Shown one piece after another: positions 1 to 9,950 of a stretch of DNA of 64,000 bases; position 1 is the stretch's first letter; every line of letters starts with the position of its first letter. The notes beneath the pieces are model-generated. The model was given only the letters and a program-made list of their open reading frames with translations, was not told the DNA's origin and made no database searches. Made by a program: the position numbers and the translations under genes. Location: assembly GCA_018400295.1 (NCBI GenBank), contig JAGYMZ010000002.1:3106-67105 (forward strand), written 5' to 3'. The DNA is from Bacteroidales bacterium. GTDB taxonomy: Bacteria > Bacteroidota > Bacteroidia > Bacteroidales > B18-G4.

Positions 1-1554
1 AAAGATCAAAGCAAGCATAAACTCAGCCGGCGGGATGTTTTGAAGGGGCTTGTTGCCGTTCCATTCCTGGGGGCGCTGGGGTGGGGGGTGATCCGGCAAA
101 AGTTTCATTATCAGAACCTGAACCGCAATTTGCTTGAGAATGTCAATGTACATTTCCCTGCCGGCATTCCCGGTCTGGTGCCAGGCAAAAAGATCAGGAT
201 CGGCATTGTAGGTTTTGGCAGCAGGGGAAATTACCTTGCGAAAGCCCTGGGATTTGCCCATCCGGACGCTGTTGATCAATGGAAAGAACTGGCTGCAAAG
301 GATGATGCCTGGAAGGCGCATTATAATAACTTTATGGACCAGGATGATCTTAATGCAGAGATCACCGCTGTTTGCGATGTATTTGATGTCCACGCTCAAA
401 GAGGGATTGAAACGGCTGCCAACATCCATCGCAATGGCAGGGGCGGCAATATGGGGAAAGTGCCGGTAAGGTACCGGACGTACAAGGAATTGGTTGCTGC
501 CCCGGATGTGGATGCAGTGATCGTAGCCACTCCCGACCACTGGCATGTGCCCGTTGCCCTGGAAGCTGCCCGCAAGGGCAAACATATATACTGCGAGAAA
601 CCGTTATCCTGGACGGTCCCGGAAACCTATGCGATCAGAGAGCGGGTAAAAGACAAGGGGATTGTTTTTCAGCTGGGTCATCAGAACCGCCAAACCGATA
701 GCCATCATGCAGCACGTTCCCTGATAAGCCAGAATGTACTGGGCAAGATATCACTCATAGAAGTTTGTACGAACCGGAATGACCCCAAGGGTGCCTGGGT
801 ATATGATATACATCCGGAGGCCGGCCCGCATAATATTGACTGGGAACAGTTCATTGGTCCGGCTCCCTGGCATGCCTTCAGCCTGGAACGCTTTTTTCGC
901 TGGAGATGCTGGTGGGATTACAGTACCGGATTGAGCGGCGACCTGTTTACACATGAGTACGATGCTGTGAATCAGATCCTTGAGCTGGGTATACCCCATT
1001 CGGCCATAGCTTCCGGCGGCATCTACTATTATAAGGATGGACGGACGGTCCCGGATGTCCTGAACATGGCTTTTGAATATCCGGAGCGGGACCTGACCCT
1101 GCTATACAGCGCTACCCTGTCCAGTGATAATGACAGAGGCAAAACGATCATGGGCCACGATGCGTATATGAAGCTGGGCAATACGCTGGTTGTTGATGTG
1201 GATCCCCGCTCCACACGGTACCGGGAAAATATTGAAAAGGGTGTCATAGAACCGGGCAAGCCGGTCCTGACGTATGTGCCGGGACAAGATCAGGTGGATG
1301 CGGTGACGTCTGCCACAGAACAATATTTTGCCGGGCGGGGATTGCTGTATACGTACCGTGGCGGGAAGCAGGTGGATGCCACCCACCTGCACCTGAAAGA
1401 ATGGCTGAATTGCATACGCCGGGATGACGGATGCCGGCCAAGCTGCAATATTGATATGGCTTTTGAGGAGGCGATGACCGCCCATATGGGAACCATCGCT
1501 TATCATGAGAACAGAAAGGTGTTCTGGGATAAGGACAATGAACGGATCGTCTGA
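1..1554 (+). CDS. Gfo/Idh/MocA-family oxidoreductase, Tat-exported (5' end outside window)
   Basis: Track ORF 40..1554 starts at a TTG. The frame stays open back to nt 1 and reads KDQSKHKLSRRDVLKGLVAVPFLGALG, a twin-arginine leader. Rossmann IRIGIVGFGSRG; IYCEKPLS (EKP motif); PDHWH. Confidence 0.85.
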   Translation, partial: KDQSKHKLSRRDVLKGLVAVPFLGALGWGVIRQKFHYQNLNRNLLENVNVHFPAGIPGLVPGKKIRIGIVGFGSRGNYLAKALGFAHPDAVDQWKELAAKDDAWKAHYNNFMDQDDLNAEITAVCDVFDVHAQRGIETAANIHRNGRGGNMGKVPVRYRTYKELVAAPDVDAVIVATPDHWHVPVALEAARKGKHIYCEKPLSWTVPETYAIRERVKDKGIVFQLGHQNRQTDSHHAARSLISQNVLGKISLIEVCTNRNDPKGAWVYDIHPEAGPHNIDWEQFIGPAPWHAFSLERFFRWRCWWDYSTGLSGDLFTHEYDAVNQILELGIPHSAIASGGIYYYKDGRTVPDVLNMAFEYPERDLTLLYSATLSSDNDRGKTIMGHDAYMKLGNTLVVDVDPRSTRYRENIEKGVIEPGKPVLTYVPGQDQVDAVTSATEQYFAGRGLLYTYRGGKQVDATHLHLKEWLNCIRRDDGCRPSCNIDMAFEEAMTAHMGTIAYHENRKVFWDKDNERIV

Positions 1555-1700
1555 ATGTTCACGGTGCTCCCTGATACAGCATCAGGCGCCATGGTTGATA
1601 AGGTTCTTTTGCTGTCCGCGGCGAAACCGGAGAATTATGAAAGTGCATCCGTTGCCCGGCCTGTCGGTTTATTGGTAACTCAAACACAACCCTGCATACC

Positions 1701-2735
1701 ATGATCAATACGGGTATCATTGGATTTGGCCTGTCCGGCCGCGTTTTTCATGCGCCTTTCCTGCATGTGCATGAGCAATTTAATCTGCATTCCATTGTTA
1801 CCACCGGCAACCTGGCCCGGAAGTTTTATCCCAGTGCCCGAACCCTGAAAAATGCCACGGCCCTTTTCGATGATCCTGATATAGATCTTGTTGTTGTATG
1901 CACGCCCAATGCTTTTCACGCGGATCTTGCCCTGAAGGCACTGAACTCAGGGAAGCATGTGGTCATAGAAAAGCCGGTAACGCCCCTGGCTTCGCAGGCA
2001 GAGGAACTGTTCGAAATGGCCGGAAGGGTGGGTAAATATGTTTTCCCTTACCAGAACCGGCGCTGGGATGGTGACTTTATGACGATTCGACATATTCTCC
2101 GGAAGGGATGGCTGGGAGACATCCTGGATTATGAAGTGCATTTCGACCGGTTTGTGCCGCGGGTGGATCCGGGTGCCTGGAGATATACACAAAAAGAAGC
2201 CGGCGGTACCCTTTACGACCTGGGCATACACATGACAGACCAGGCTGTTGTGATATTCGGCAAGCCCCGTGCGGTATTTTGCCGGCTGTTCCGGCAACGG
2301 AGGCACAGCGTTGTGGATGACAGCTTCGACCTGAAACTGATCTACCCGGACCTCAATGTAACGATCAAATCCAGCGTTTTTGTCAGGGAACCTGGTCCCC
2401 GGTTTGTCATTCACGGCTCGGAAGGGTCTTTTGTTAAATACGGGCTGGATCCGCAGGAAGCTCTGCTTGATGCGGGACACATGCCCCGGGGTGAAGACTG
2501 GGGGAAGGAAGATCCGGAGCAGTGGGGTCTTATACATGCAAGGATTGATGGAAACATTGTCCGGGAAAAGCTGGAAACATTACCGGGGAATTATATGCAC
2601 TTCTATGACCAGGTGCATGAAGTTATTCAGCACCGGGCGCAACCTGTAATAACGCTGGAGGAAGTGCTGACCGGACTGAAAATAATTGAGAGATCCATGG
2701 AGAGTGCCGGTAAAGAGAATGTTATAAAATATTGA
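1701..2735 (+). CDS. Gfo/Idh/MocA-family oxidoreductase (no signal peptide)
   Basis: 344 aa; Rossmann start GIIGFGLSGRVFH; VVIEKPV (EKP motif); tightly spaced and co-directional with neighbours. Confidence 0.85.
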   Translation: MINTGIIGFGLSGRVFHAPFLHVHEQFNLHSIVTTGNLARKFYPSARTLKNATALFDDPDIDLVVVCTPNAFHADLALKALNSGKHVVIEKPVTPLASQAEELFEMAGRVGKYVFPYQNRRWDGDFMTIRHILRKGWLGDILDYEVHFDRFVPRVDPGAWRYTQKEAGGTLYDLGIHMTDQAVVIFGKPRAVFCRLFRQRRHSVVDDSFDLKLIYPDLNVTIKSSVFVREPGPRFVIHGSEGSFVKYGLDPQEALLDAGHMPRGEDWGKEDPEQWGLIHARIDGNIVREKLETLPGNYMHFYDQVHEVIQHRAQPVITLEEVLTGLKIIERSMESAGKENVIKY

Positions 2736-2744
2736 TCAGGAATT

Positions 2745-3584
2745 ATGAAAACACGGCGTGAATTTATCCGGAGCCTGTCTCTGCTGACAGTTTCCGCAAT
2801 GGCCCTGCGGGCTTTTCCCATATCCATGGCCCCTGGCAGGATGATCGGTTTGCAGTTGTGGACGCTGAGAAATGCCATACAGGAGCACACGATGGAAACC
2901 CTGAAGCAGGTTGGCAGGATAGGATACGATCATATTGAACCCTACGGCTTTGACGGGGAGTTTTATGGGTATCCGGCAAAAGCGTTCCGCAAAATAACCG
3001 AAGACCTGGGCATGAAACTTACCTCAACCCATACCGGTATTACCCTTTCCAATGCAGATCTCCATATTGAGCAGGCCGTGGAAGCCGGTCTGGAATATCT
3101 TGTGCTGCCCACACCGGGTGACAGGAAAATGGAAGATCCCGATGATGTGAAAATTTTTGCGGAAGAGATGAACCGGATCGGGGAAAAAGTGCAAAAGGCC
3201 GGAATGAAACTCGGATACCATAATCATTCCTTTGAGTTTCAGCCCATGGATGGAGAAATTCCTTTCGACATCCTGCTCCGGGAAACCATCCCTGAGCTCG
3301 TCTGCTTTCAGTTGGATATATACTGGATGATCGAAGGGGGGCGGGACCCTGTACGATATTTTCAGGATCATCCCGGCCGGTTTGAACTGTGGCATGTCAA
3401 GGATAGGGGCGGGGACGGGAAAAGCACAACGGTTGGGAACGGGACCATAGATTATGCTGACCTGTTCCATTATTCCGGATCAGCCGGCATGAAATATTTT
3501 TATGTGGAGCAGGAAAGTTATACGATGGCTCCCATAGAAGCGGCTGCAAAAAGTTATGCGTTTATCAGGGAAAATTTATTGTAA
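2745..3584 (+). CDS. Sugar phosphate isomerase/epimerase-like protein (xylose-isomerase-like TIM barrel), Tat signal
   Basis: 279 aa; MKTRREFIRSLSLLTVSAMA twin-arginine leader; LGYHNHSFEF, QLDIYW and ELWHVKD strings typical of this fold. Confidence 0.75.
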   Translation: MKTRREFIRSLSLLTVSAMALRAFPISMAPGRMIGLQLWTLRNAIQEHTMETLKQVGRIGYDHIEPYGFDGEFYGYPAKAFRKITEDLGMKLTSTHTGITLSNADLHIEQAVEAGLEYLVLPTPGDRKMEDPDDVKIFAEEMNRIGEKVQKAGMKLGYHNHSFEFQPMDGEIPFDILLRETIPELVCFQLDIYWMIEGGRDPVRYFQDHPGRFELWHVKDRGGDGKSTTVGNGTIDYADLFHYSGSAGMKYFYVEQESYTMAPIEAAAKSYAFIRENLL

Positions 3585-3617
3585 ATTGTCGGTTAAACAT
3601 ATTAAATCGCATGCATC

Positions 3618-5108
3618 ATGAAAAACCAGGAAAGAAATCAACGATCCGGTGGACTGAAACGCCGGGATTTTATTAAAAATACAGCCACGGCAGCGGCCGG
3701 TCTGACCATTTTGCCGAGTTATGTGATCTCGGGACTGGGTCACCGGGCACCCAGCGATAAGCTGAACATTGCCGGTGTCGGGGTTGGCGGCCGGGGTGGG
3801 GCCGTGATCAAGGGCGTCAGCAGTGAGAATATCGTTGCTTTATGTGATGTGGATTGGAAATATGCGTCTGCCTTATTTAATCAGTTCCCCGATGCCAAAA
3901 AGTTTTACGACTGGCGTGAGATGTTTGACAGGATGGGTAAGGATATCGATGCGGTGGTCGTTGGTACTCCGGATCATTCCCATGCCATCGTTTCGCTGAA
4001 TGCCATGAAGATGGGCAAGCATGTATATTGTGAAAAACCCCTGACGCATTCCGTTTGGGAGTCCAGGGAAATGACACGGGTGTCTGAAGAAAACAGGGTG
4101 GCCACCCAAATGGGGAACCAGGGGAATTCAGGAGAAGGTATTCGCCAGATTTGTGAATGGATCTGGGATGGTGCCATTGGGGAGATCGAGGAAGTCCACT
4201 GCTGGACCAACCGTCCCATATGGCCACAAGGACTGGAGCGGCCCACCGAAGCCATGACACCTCCGGACACCCTGGACTGGGACCTGTTCCTCGGACCTGC
4301 GCCCCTGCGGCCTTATAATTCCATTTACCACCCCTGGAACTGGAGGGGATGGTGGGATTTCGGCACCGGGGCCCTCGGAGACATGGCCTGCCATATCATG
4401 GACCCGGTCTTTATGGCCCTGAAACTCCGGTACCCATCCCATGTGCAGGGCTCTTCCACCCAGCTGAATACGGAATCGGCACCGGTGGCGGAGGTGGTGA
4501 CCTATACTTTCCCGGAACGGGATGACCTGCCCCGGGTAAAAATGCCTCCTGTTAAGGTGACCTGGTGGGATGGTGGCTTGTTGCCTCCCAGGCCAAAGGA
4601 GCTTCCTGAAGGGGAAATGATGGGAAGGGATGAGAGCGGCGGATGTTTGTTTTCCGGGACCAAAGGCAAGATCATGTGCGGAACTTATGGCAAAGACCCC
4701 TTCCTGTTGCCTCTTACCCTGGATGAGACGTATGTGCGGCCGCCGGAAACACTGAGGCGGGTGGAGACCACCCATATGATGGACTGGGTCAGGGCCTGCA
4801 AGGAAGATCCGGGAAGCAGGATTGAAGCCAGTTCCAATTTCAGCTATGCCGGACCCCTGAACGAAATGGTGGTTATGGGCGTGGTGGCTGTGCGATTGCA
4901 GGACCTGAAAAGAACGCTGGAATGGGACGGTGAAAATATGGAATTTACAAACATATCGGATAACGATGAGATCCGCGTGGTTACCAGCGATAAATTTGCC
5001 ATCATAGACGGGCATCCGCACTTTGACACCCAGCGTGAAACCATGAATGCCAAACAGGCTGCGGAAGCGTATATTAAACATACATACCGGGAAGGGTGGA
5101 CAATTTAG
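3618..5108 (+). CDS. Gfo/Idh/MocA-family oxidoreductase, Tat-exported
   Basis: 496 aa; RRDFIKNTATAAAGLTIL Tat leader; LNIAGVGVGGRGG Rossmann; VYCEKPLT; PDHSH. Confidence 0.85.
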   Translation: MKNQERNQRSGGLKRRDFIKNTATAAAGLTILPSYVISGLGHRAPSDKLNIAGVGVGGRGGAVIKGVSSENIVALCDVDWKYASALFNQFPDAKKFYDWREMFDRMGKDIDAVVVGTPDHSHAIVSLNAMKMGKHVYCEKPLTHSVWESREMTRVSEENRVATQMGNQGNSGEGIRQICEWIWDGAIGEIEEVHCWTNRPIWPQGLERPTEAMTPPDTLDWDLFLGPAPLRPYNSIYHPWNWRGWWDFGTGALGDMACHIMDPVFMALKLRYPSHVQGSSTQLNTESAPVAEVVTYTFPERDDLPRVKMPPVKVTWWDGGLLPPRPKELPEGEMMGRDESGGCLFSGTKGKIMCGTYGKDPFLLPLTLDETYVRPPETLRRVETTHMMDWVRACKEDPGSRIEASSNFSYAGPLNEMVVMGVVAVRLQDLKRTLEWDGENMEFTNISDNDEIRVVTSDKFAIIDGHPHFDTQRETMNAKQAAEAYIKHTYREGWTI

Positions 5109-5231
5109 GCAAATGCAGCCCTGGACCGGCAATACCCATCGCATTGTGGGGGCTATACCGGAAGGGAATAAATTTTTTGACCCTGGAACGCATGAACATA
5201 AACAGCATTTTTAATATAAATCCATGGAAAA

Positions 5232-6005
5232 ATGAAAAAGTTAATCTATGTATGTATCGTTTCTGCCATGATCATTTCGTGTGATTATGCAGGGAAAGAA
5301 AACAAAGCGGACACAACCAAAGATGAAGAAGTTGCCATGAAGGAACACAACACGTTGACCGGCCAGGAAAAAGAGGAAGGATGGATGCTGCTCTTTGACG
5401 GTAAATCGGCGGACCAATGGAGGGGCTACAATAAGGATGGTTTTCCCGATGGATGGGAGGTGGTGGACGGAACCATCCATTGCATCGGTTCAGGACGCGG
5501 TGAAGCCGGCCATGGGGGCGACATCATAACCCGCAGGAAATTTGACAATTTTGAACTGTCACTGGAATGGAAGGTGGATACCGGCGGTAATAGCGGGATA
5601 TTCTACCTGGCGAGGGAGATCGAAGGAGAACCTATCTGGAAAAGTGCCCCTGAAATGCAGATCCTGGATAATGAAAATCATCCGGATGCCAAACTGGGCA
5701 TTAAAGGAAACCGCCAGGCCGGGGCCCTGTATGACCTGATCCCTGCCGAACCGCAGACAGCCAGACCGGGTGGAAACTGGAACAAGGTGCGCATCCTGGT
5801 ATATGATGGTACGGTGGTGCACTGGATGAACGGGAAAAAAGTACTGGAGTATCACCTGTGGACGGACGACTGGAAGAAAATGGTTGAAAACAGCAAGTTC
5901 AAAGCGTATGAAATGTTTGTCAACACAGCCAGGTCGGGTCATATCGGTCTGCAGGACCACGGCGATGACGTATGGTTCCGCAATATAAAAATAAAGGAGC
6001 TTTAG
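5232..6005 (+). CDS. DUF1080 (3-keto-disaccharide hydrolase-like) lipoprotein
   Basis: 257 aa; lipoprotein signal ending MIISC; FDNFELSLEWKVDTGGNSGIFY and GHIGLQDHGDDVWFRNIKIKEL are characteristic DUF1080 strings. Confidence 0.8.
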   Translation: MKKLIYVCIVSAMIISCDYAGKENKADTTKDEEVAMKEHNTLTGQEKEEGWMLLFDGKSADQWRGYNKDGFPDGWEVVDGTIHCIGSGRGEAGHGGDIITRRKFDNFELSLEWKVDTGGNSGIFYLAREIEGEPIWKSAPEMQILDNENHPDAKLGIKGNRQAGALYDLIPAEPQTARPGGNWNKVRILVYDGTVVHWMNGKKVLEYHLWTDDWKKMVENSKFKAYEMFVNTARSGHIGLQDHGDDVWFRNIKIKEL

Positions 6006-6009
6006 GGCG

Positions 6010-6028
6010 CGGGCTTCTGCCCGTTTTT
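6010..6028 (+). terminator. Weak intrinsic terminator after the DUF1080 gene
   Basis: CGGGC-TTCT-GCCCG followed by TTTTT, 5 nt after the stop codon. The stem is only 5 bp. Confidence 0.35.
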
Positions 6029-6088
6029 CCCGTTGCGGGGATGTTCCGGAAAGAAATTTGGCGGCCTGAAGAGAATGGGTAATGAGAG

Positions 6089-7597
6089 ATGAATAAAAAT
6101 CTATATATGCGAAGGGCTTTATTCATAGTGCTCTTGATGTGTATGGCATGCTCGGCCGGGGCCCAGGTGAACAATTACTGGTCGCAGAATTTCAACGACG
6201 GCTCTTCCATGCTGGCGGGCGCCGTGGTTGGAGGAGGGGCCGGCGTGGCGGCCATATATTATAATCCGGCGAATATTTCGGAGATCACAGAATCCCGTTT
6301 GTCGTTCAGTCTCAGCCTGTTTTCCCTGGATGTATACAAAATGCGCAATGCCCTGGGAAGCGGGATTGATCTGGGAAAAGCCAAAATGATCGCTCAGCCC
6401 AGATTTGTGTCTTATCTTATTGATTTGCCCAATAATGACCGGATCAATCTTGAACTGGCTTTTATGAATGTATCCAATTCAAACATCCGGGTTTCGCATG
6501 TGGTAGACAAGGAAATTGATGTTCTGACAAGGATACCCGGGAATGAGCGGTATTTTTCCAGTTTTATCATGGATAACCAGAACCGGAATGATTATATTGG
6601 GGGAGGGATGTCTTATCAGATCAATGATGGCTTATGGATCGGATCCAGCATGTTTTTGTCGGTAAAAACGTTAAAAAACCTGCAGGATCTTCAAATTGAG
6701 GCGAGCCCGCTTAAAGATACGATATACATAAACAATGATCCCGTGCCGTATTATTCTGCGGTCTTTCAAAAAACCAATGAAGTGCGGTTTCAGAATTACA
6801 GCTTGCTGTGGAAATTCGGATTATCCTATGAAGTCGAAAACATCCGTTTGGGGGTCAACATAACAACGCCATCGATCAATATGTTCTCAGCGGCTGAATA
6901 TGTCGGTAAAAAGCAATTGCAGAGCAATATTTCCGATGCGGAGACAGGCGTGTTCCTGCCCGATTACGCCATCATTGATGCACAGAAGAAAAGGGATGTA
7001 AAAGTACGGGTCAGGACCCCCTTTGCAGCCTCCCTTGGCTTGACATTCAGCTCGCCGGATGTTCCGGGGAAATCTTTCTTTGCCACTGTTGAATTTTTTT
7101 CTGGTGTTTCAACATATACCATGCTTGATGCAAAACCTTATCCTTATCCCATGATGTCGGACTTTTCCGGCATTGATTCAACGAATTACATGGACTTATA
7201 CGGGGGAGCCAGGGACCTGGTTAATGTTGCCCTGGGCTACCGGTGGAAAATTTCCGGCAATATTCTTTTGATGAGTGGCTTGAAGACCGATTTTAATTTT
7301 ATGAAGGGATTGGATATTGAAGATAAGACTCCCAATAAATATAACCTGAATATTTATCACGTTACTTCGGGCCTGCGTTTTAAACTTGAAAAGAATGTCG
7401 TTCTTTTCGGTATCCAGTATTCCTTCGGATGGAACCGAAACATCCGGCAGATCGTAAATTTTGACCATCCTGCGGAGTATAATGCGCAGGAAGGATATCC
7501 GCTGGTGGGGAACCGCCATCAAACCATGGACCTGTTTTACAACAGCATCAGCTTTTTCCTGGGTGCGACATTGAATTTTACGAAAACCGGGAATTGA
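6089..7597 (+). CDS. Outer-membrane beta-barrel protein, FadL/PorV-like
   Basis: 502 aa; signal peptide ..CSAGAQ; GGGAGVAAIYYNPANISEI resembles the N-terminal motif of FadL/TodX/PorV-type barrels; alternating beta-strand pattern throughout. No database check was possible. Confidence 0.5.
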   Translation: MNKNLYMRRALFIVLLMCMACSAGAQVNNYWSQNFNDGSSMLAGAVVGGGAGVAAIYYNPANISEITESRLSFSLSLFSLDVYKMRNALGSGIDLGKAKMIAQPRFVSYLIDLPNNDRINLELAFMNVSNSNIRVSHVVDKEIDVLTRIPGNERYFSSFIMDNQNRNDYIGGGMSYQINDGLWIGSSMFLSVKTLKNLQDLQIEASPLKDTIYINNDPVPYYSAVFQKTNEVRFQNYSLLWKFGLSYEVENIRLGVNITTPSINMFSAAEYVGKKQLQSNISDAETGVFLPDYAIIDAQKKRDVKVRVRTPFAASLGLTFSSPDVPGKSFFATVEFFSGVSTYTMLDAKPYPYPMMSDFSGIDSTNYMDLYGGARDLVNVALGYRWKISGNILLMSGLKTDFNFMKGLDIEDKTPNKYNLNIYHVTSGLRFKLEKNVVLFGIQYSFGWNRNIRQIVNFDHPAEYNAQEGYPLVGNRHQTMDLFYNSISFFLGATLNFTKTGN

Positions 7598-7606
7598 CGG
7601 TTCGTT

Positions 7607-9271
7607 TTAGGTTTCGTCTTTATGATATATATGATACATAAACCGTTTAATTTTTTGCGTGGCGGTTTTCTGGAAAGGGTTGGCCTGGATGATGATCTTC
7701 TGAAGCTGGGAGAATTTATTCACTTTTGAATTAATGTACCTGTGAAGTTCCGGGACCAGCTCATTCTGGATGGTTTCTATGCGATTCGAAACATCTTCTT
7801 TGAGGTCGCTGTATTTTTGTTCCAGTTCCTCGCGGTTGAAATGAACAAGTGCCACCAGCTTGCCTTTCTTTTCAATGACCAGGGATTCCACCACATGCCT
7901 GAAATTGTTAATGATGGATTCAATTTCTTCCGGATAAATATTTTCCCCGCTGGCACCAATGATGAGGTTCTTTTCCCGTCCCTTGATAAAAAGGAAATTG
8001 TCTTCATCGAATGCACCCAGATCCCCCGTTTTTAACCATCCGTCTTCTGTTATGGTGGCTTTGGTGGCTTCCGGATCCTTGTAATATCCGGCCATGATAT
8101 TCGGTCCCCGGGCCCATATTTCACCTTCACCGGTTACCGGGTCCGGATCATGGATTTTCAGTTCAACGCCATGAACAGCGGGGCCGGTGGATTGTAAGCG
8201 GGTAGTTTTTGCATTTACCCCGGCCAGCAGCGGGGCAGATTCCGTCAGGCCATAACCGATGGCATAAGGGAAACGGGCTTCTTTAAGGAATTTTTCAACG
8301 TTTCTGTCAAGTTTGGCCCCACCGATCCCAAAGAATTCCATATGGCCTCCGAACGTTTTTTTCAGCTTATTTCCGGCGAGCCTGTTCAATCCTTTCCGGA
8401 ATACAGGAATGCGGTAAATAAATTTCATAAAACGGTTCCGCTGGAATTCCGGCAATATTTTATTCCTGTATATTTTCTCCATGATCAGTGGAACCGAAAG
8501 CATGGCTGTTGGTTTTACCTTTTTGAGTGCAGGCAGCAGAACGGGCGGTGTGGGGGGTTTCCTGAGGTAATATACACTTGTCCCATGCATGAGGGGCAAT
8601 ATAAAGCCAAGCGTGTTTTCATAGGTATGTGATAACGGCAACACAGACAACATACGGTCCCGTTTTGATAAAGGTTGTATCTTCCAGGCTGAAAGCGCGT
8701 TAAAGGTGATGTTTTTATGCGTGAGCATCACCCCTTTGGATTTACCTGTTGTGCCGGAGGTATATATGATGGCTGCCAGGTCATCCTCTTCAATTTGGTA
8801 GCGGATACCGGGTTTTGCCCCCTCTTCGAATAGTACAGAAGAAGTTTTACCCTTACTGGAGAAATCTTCCAGATAAATGATGTTTTCTAACGAAAGCGTA
8901 TTCAATCCTTCGATCCTGGATTCCATGCTGCGGGATACGAACAAGATCTTTGCGTCGGAGTGTGCCAGGATATTTTTGATCTCCTCAGGATGAAAGTCGG
9001 GAAGTATGGGTACTACAACGGCTCCCATGAAGGTTATTGCCAAATAGCTTATGCCCCACTTGGGCATATTGGGCCCCAGCAAAGCAACCTTATCGCCGTG
9101 TTTAATGCCGTGCCTTTCAAGAAAAGCCATGGTTGCTTCCACCTTTTCTTTCAGCTCCGAATAGGAGAGGGCATATTCCCCTGCAAATCCCAGGGATGGC
9201 AAGTCCGGATACTGTTCAAAGGATTTGCCTATCAGATGGGGTAAGGTATATTTGTGTGTTTTTGTCATCAC
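7607..9271 (-). CDS. Long-chain-fatty-acid--CoA ligase (AMP-binding enzyme)
   Basis: 554 aa; YTSGTTGKSKGVMLTH AMP-binding signature; GYGLTESAP; WLKTGDLG; IKGREKNLI. Confidence 0.85.
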   Translation of the reverse strand: MMTKTHKYTLPHLIGKSFEQYPDLPSLGFAGEYALSYSELKEKVEATMAFLERHGIKHGDKVALLGPNMPKWGISYLAITFMGAVVVPILPDFHPEEIKNILAHSDAKILFVSRSMESRIEGLNTLSLENIIYLEDFSSKGKTSSVLFEEGAKPGIRYQIEEDDLAAIIYTSGTTGKSKGVMLTHKNITFNALSAWKIQPLSKRDRMLSVLPLSHTYENTLGFILPLMHGTSVYYLRKPPTPPVLLPALKKVKPTAMLSVPLIMEKIYRNKILPEFQRNRFMKFIYRIPVFRKGLNRLAGNKLKKTFGGHMEFFGIGGAKLDRNVEKFLKEARFPYAIGYGLTESAPLLAGVNAKTTRLQSTGPAVHGVELKIHDPDPVTGEGEIWARGPNIMAGYYKDPEATKATITEDGWLKTGDLGAFDEDNFLFIKGREKNLIIGASGENIYPEEIESIINNFRHVVESLVIEKKGKLVALVHFNREELEQKYSDLKEDVSNRIETIQNELVPELHRYINSKVNKFSQLQKIIIQANPFQKTATQKIKRFMYHIYHKDET

Positions 9272-9550
9272 AGGTTATTCAATGGCCCGTAAAAATACTT
9301 AAAGTTTAAATCATGGCAAATATTTTCCTGATAATAATACTTTTATGCTCAAATATTATTCATACTCAACATATAAACAATCTGAACAAGCTTTGGTTCA
9401 GCAGGTTGGCCGGTATTTGAATGAAAATATGAAAGTGTTTCGTAAATGATTTGTTCAAGGCATTTCTGATGGGCATATCTTCAAAACAGCCCTGTCAGAA
9501 AAATTTTCCTTTCCCGGGCCCTGCTTTTCTCGTTGTTATTTGTTAATTTT

Positions 9551-9886
9551 ATGAATCAAAAAGAGCCGGAACATATGGAACATTCAAATTCAATAGACCC
9601 CAAAGTAATCGCCGTATTAAGTTATGTTACCTTCATAGGGTGGATCATCGCCATTATTTTTCACCAGAACAACCGCTCAGAATTCGGTGCGTTCCACATA
9701 AGGCAATCCCTTGGTTTGTTTATTACAGGCCTGGTCTTTGCTTTCATCCCGGTCGTCGGGTGGATCCTTAACGTTGTGGTGTTCATCTTTTGGTTATTGG
9801 GTCTGATATATGCTGCCCAGGGGGAGCAAAAAGTTGTGCCGCTGGTTGGTGATTTTTATCAGAACCTCTTCAGGGGATTGCATTAA
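9551..9886 (+). CDS. Small polytopic membrane protein (DUF4870-like)
   Basis: Track ORF 9533..9886 starts at TTG; first ATG is at 9551. Three hydrophobic helices, with AVLSYVTFIGWIIAIIFH and HIRQSLGL strings. Confidence 0.55.
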   Translation: MNQKEPEHMEHSNSIDPKVIAVLSYVTFIGWIIAIIFHQNNRSEFGAFHIRQSLGLFITGLVFAFIPVVGWILNVVVFIFWLLGLIYAAQGEQKVVPLVGDFYQNLFRGLH

Positions 9887-9950
9887 AACCATTGCCGGGT
9901 ATAACTTTTCCTTATATTTGTGCCGTTTTCCTGATCAATGACTTTTCGGT

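Noticed and set aside
4128-5144. Long antisense ORFs nested inside well-supported genes. Examples: 4128..5144(-) 338 aa, 26184..26816(+), 27132..27764(+), 37171..37791(+), 38574..39197(+), 57276..57968(+), 50739..51329(-), 53654..54094(-).
   Set aside because: Each lies entirely opposite a gene with clear family motifs. Their translations are Arg/Pro/Gly/His-rich or low-complexity with no recognisable motifs. This is typical of spurious frames in moderately GC-rich coding DNA.
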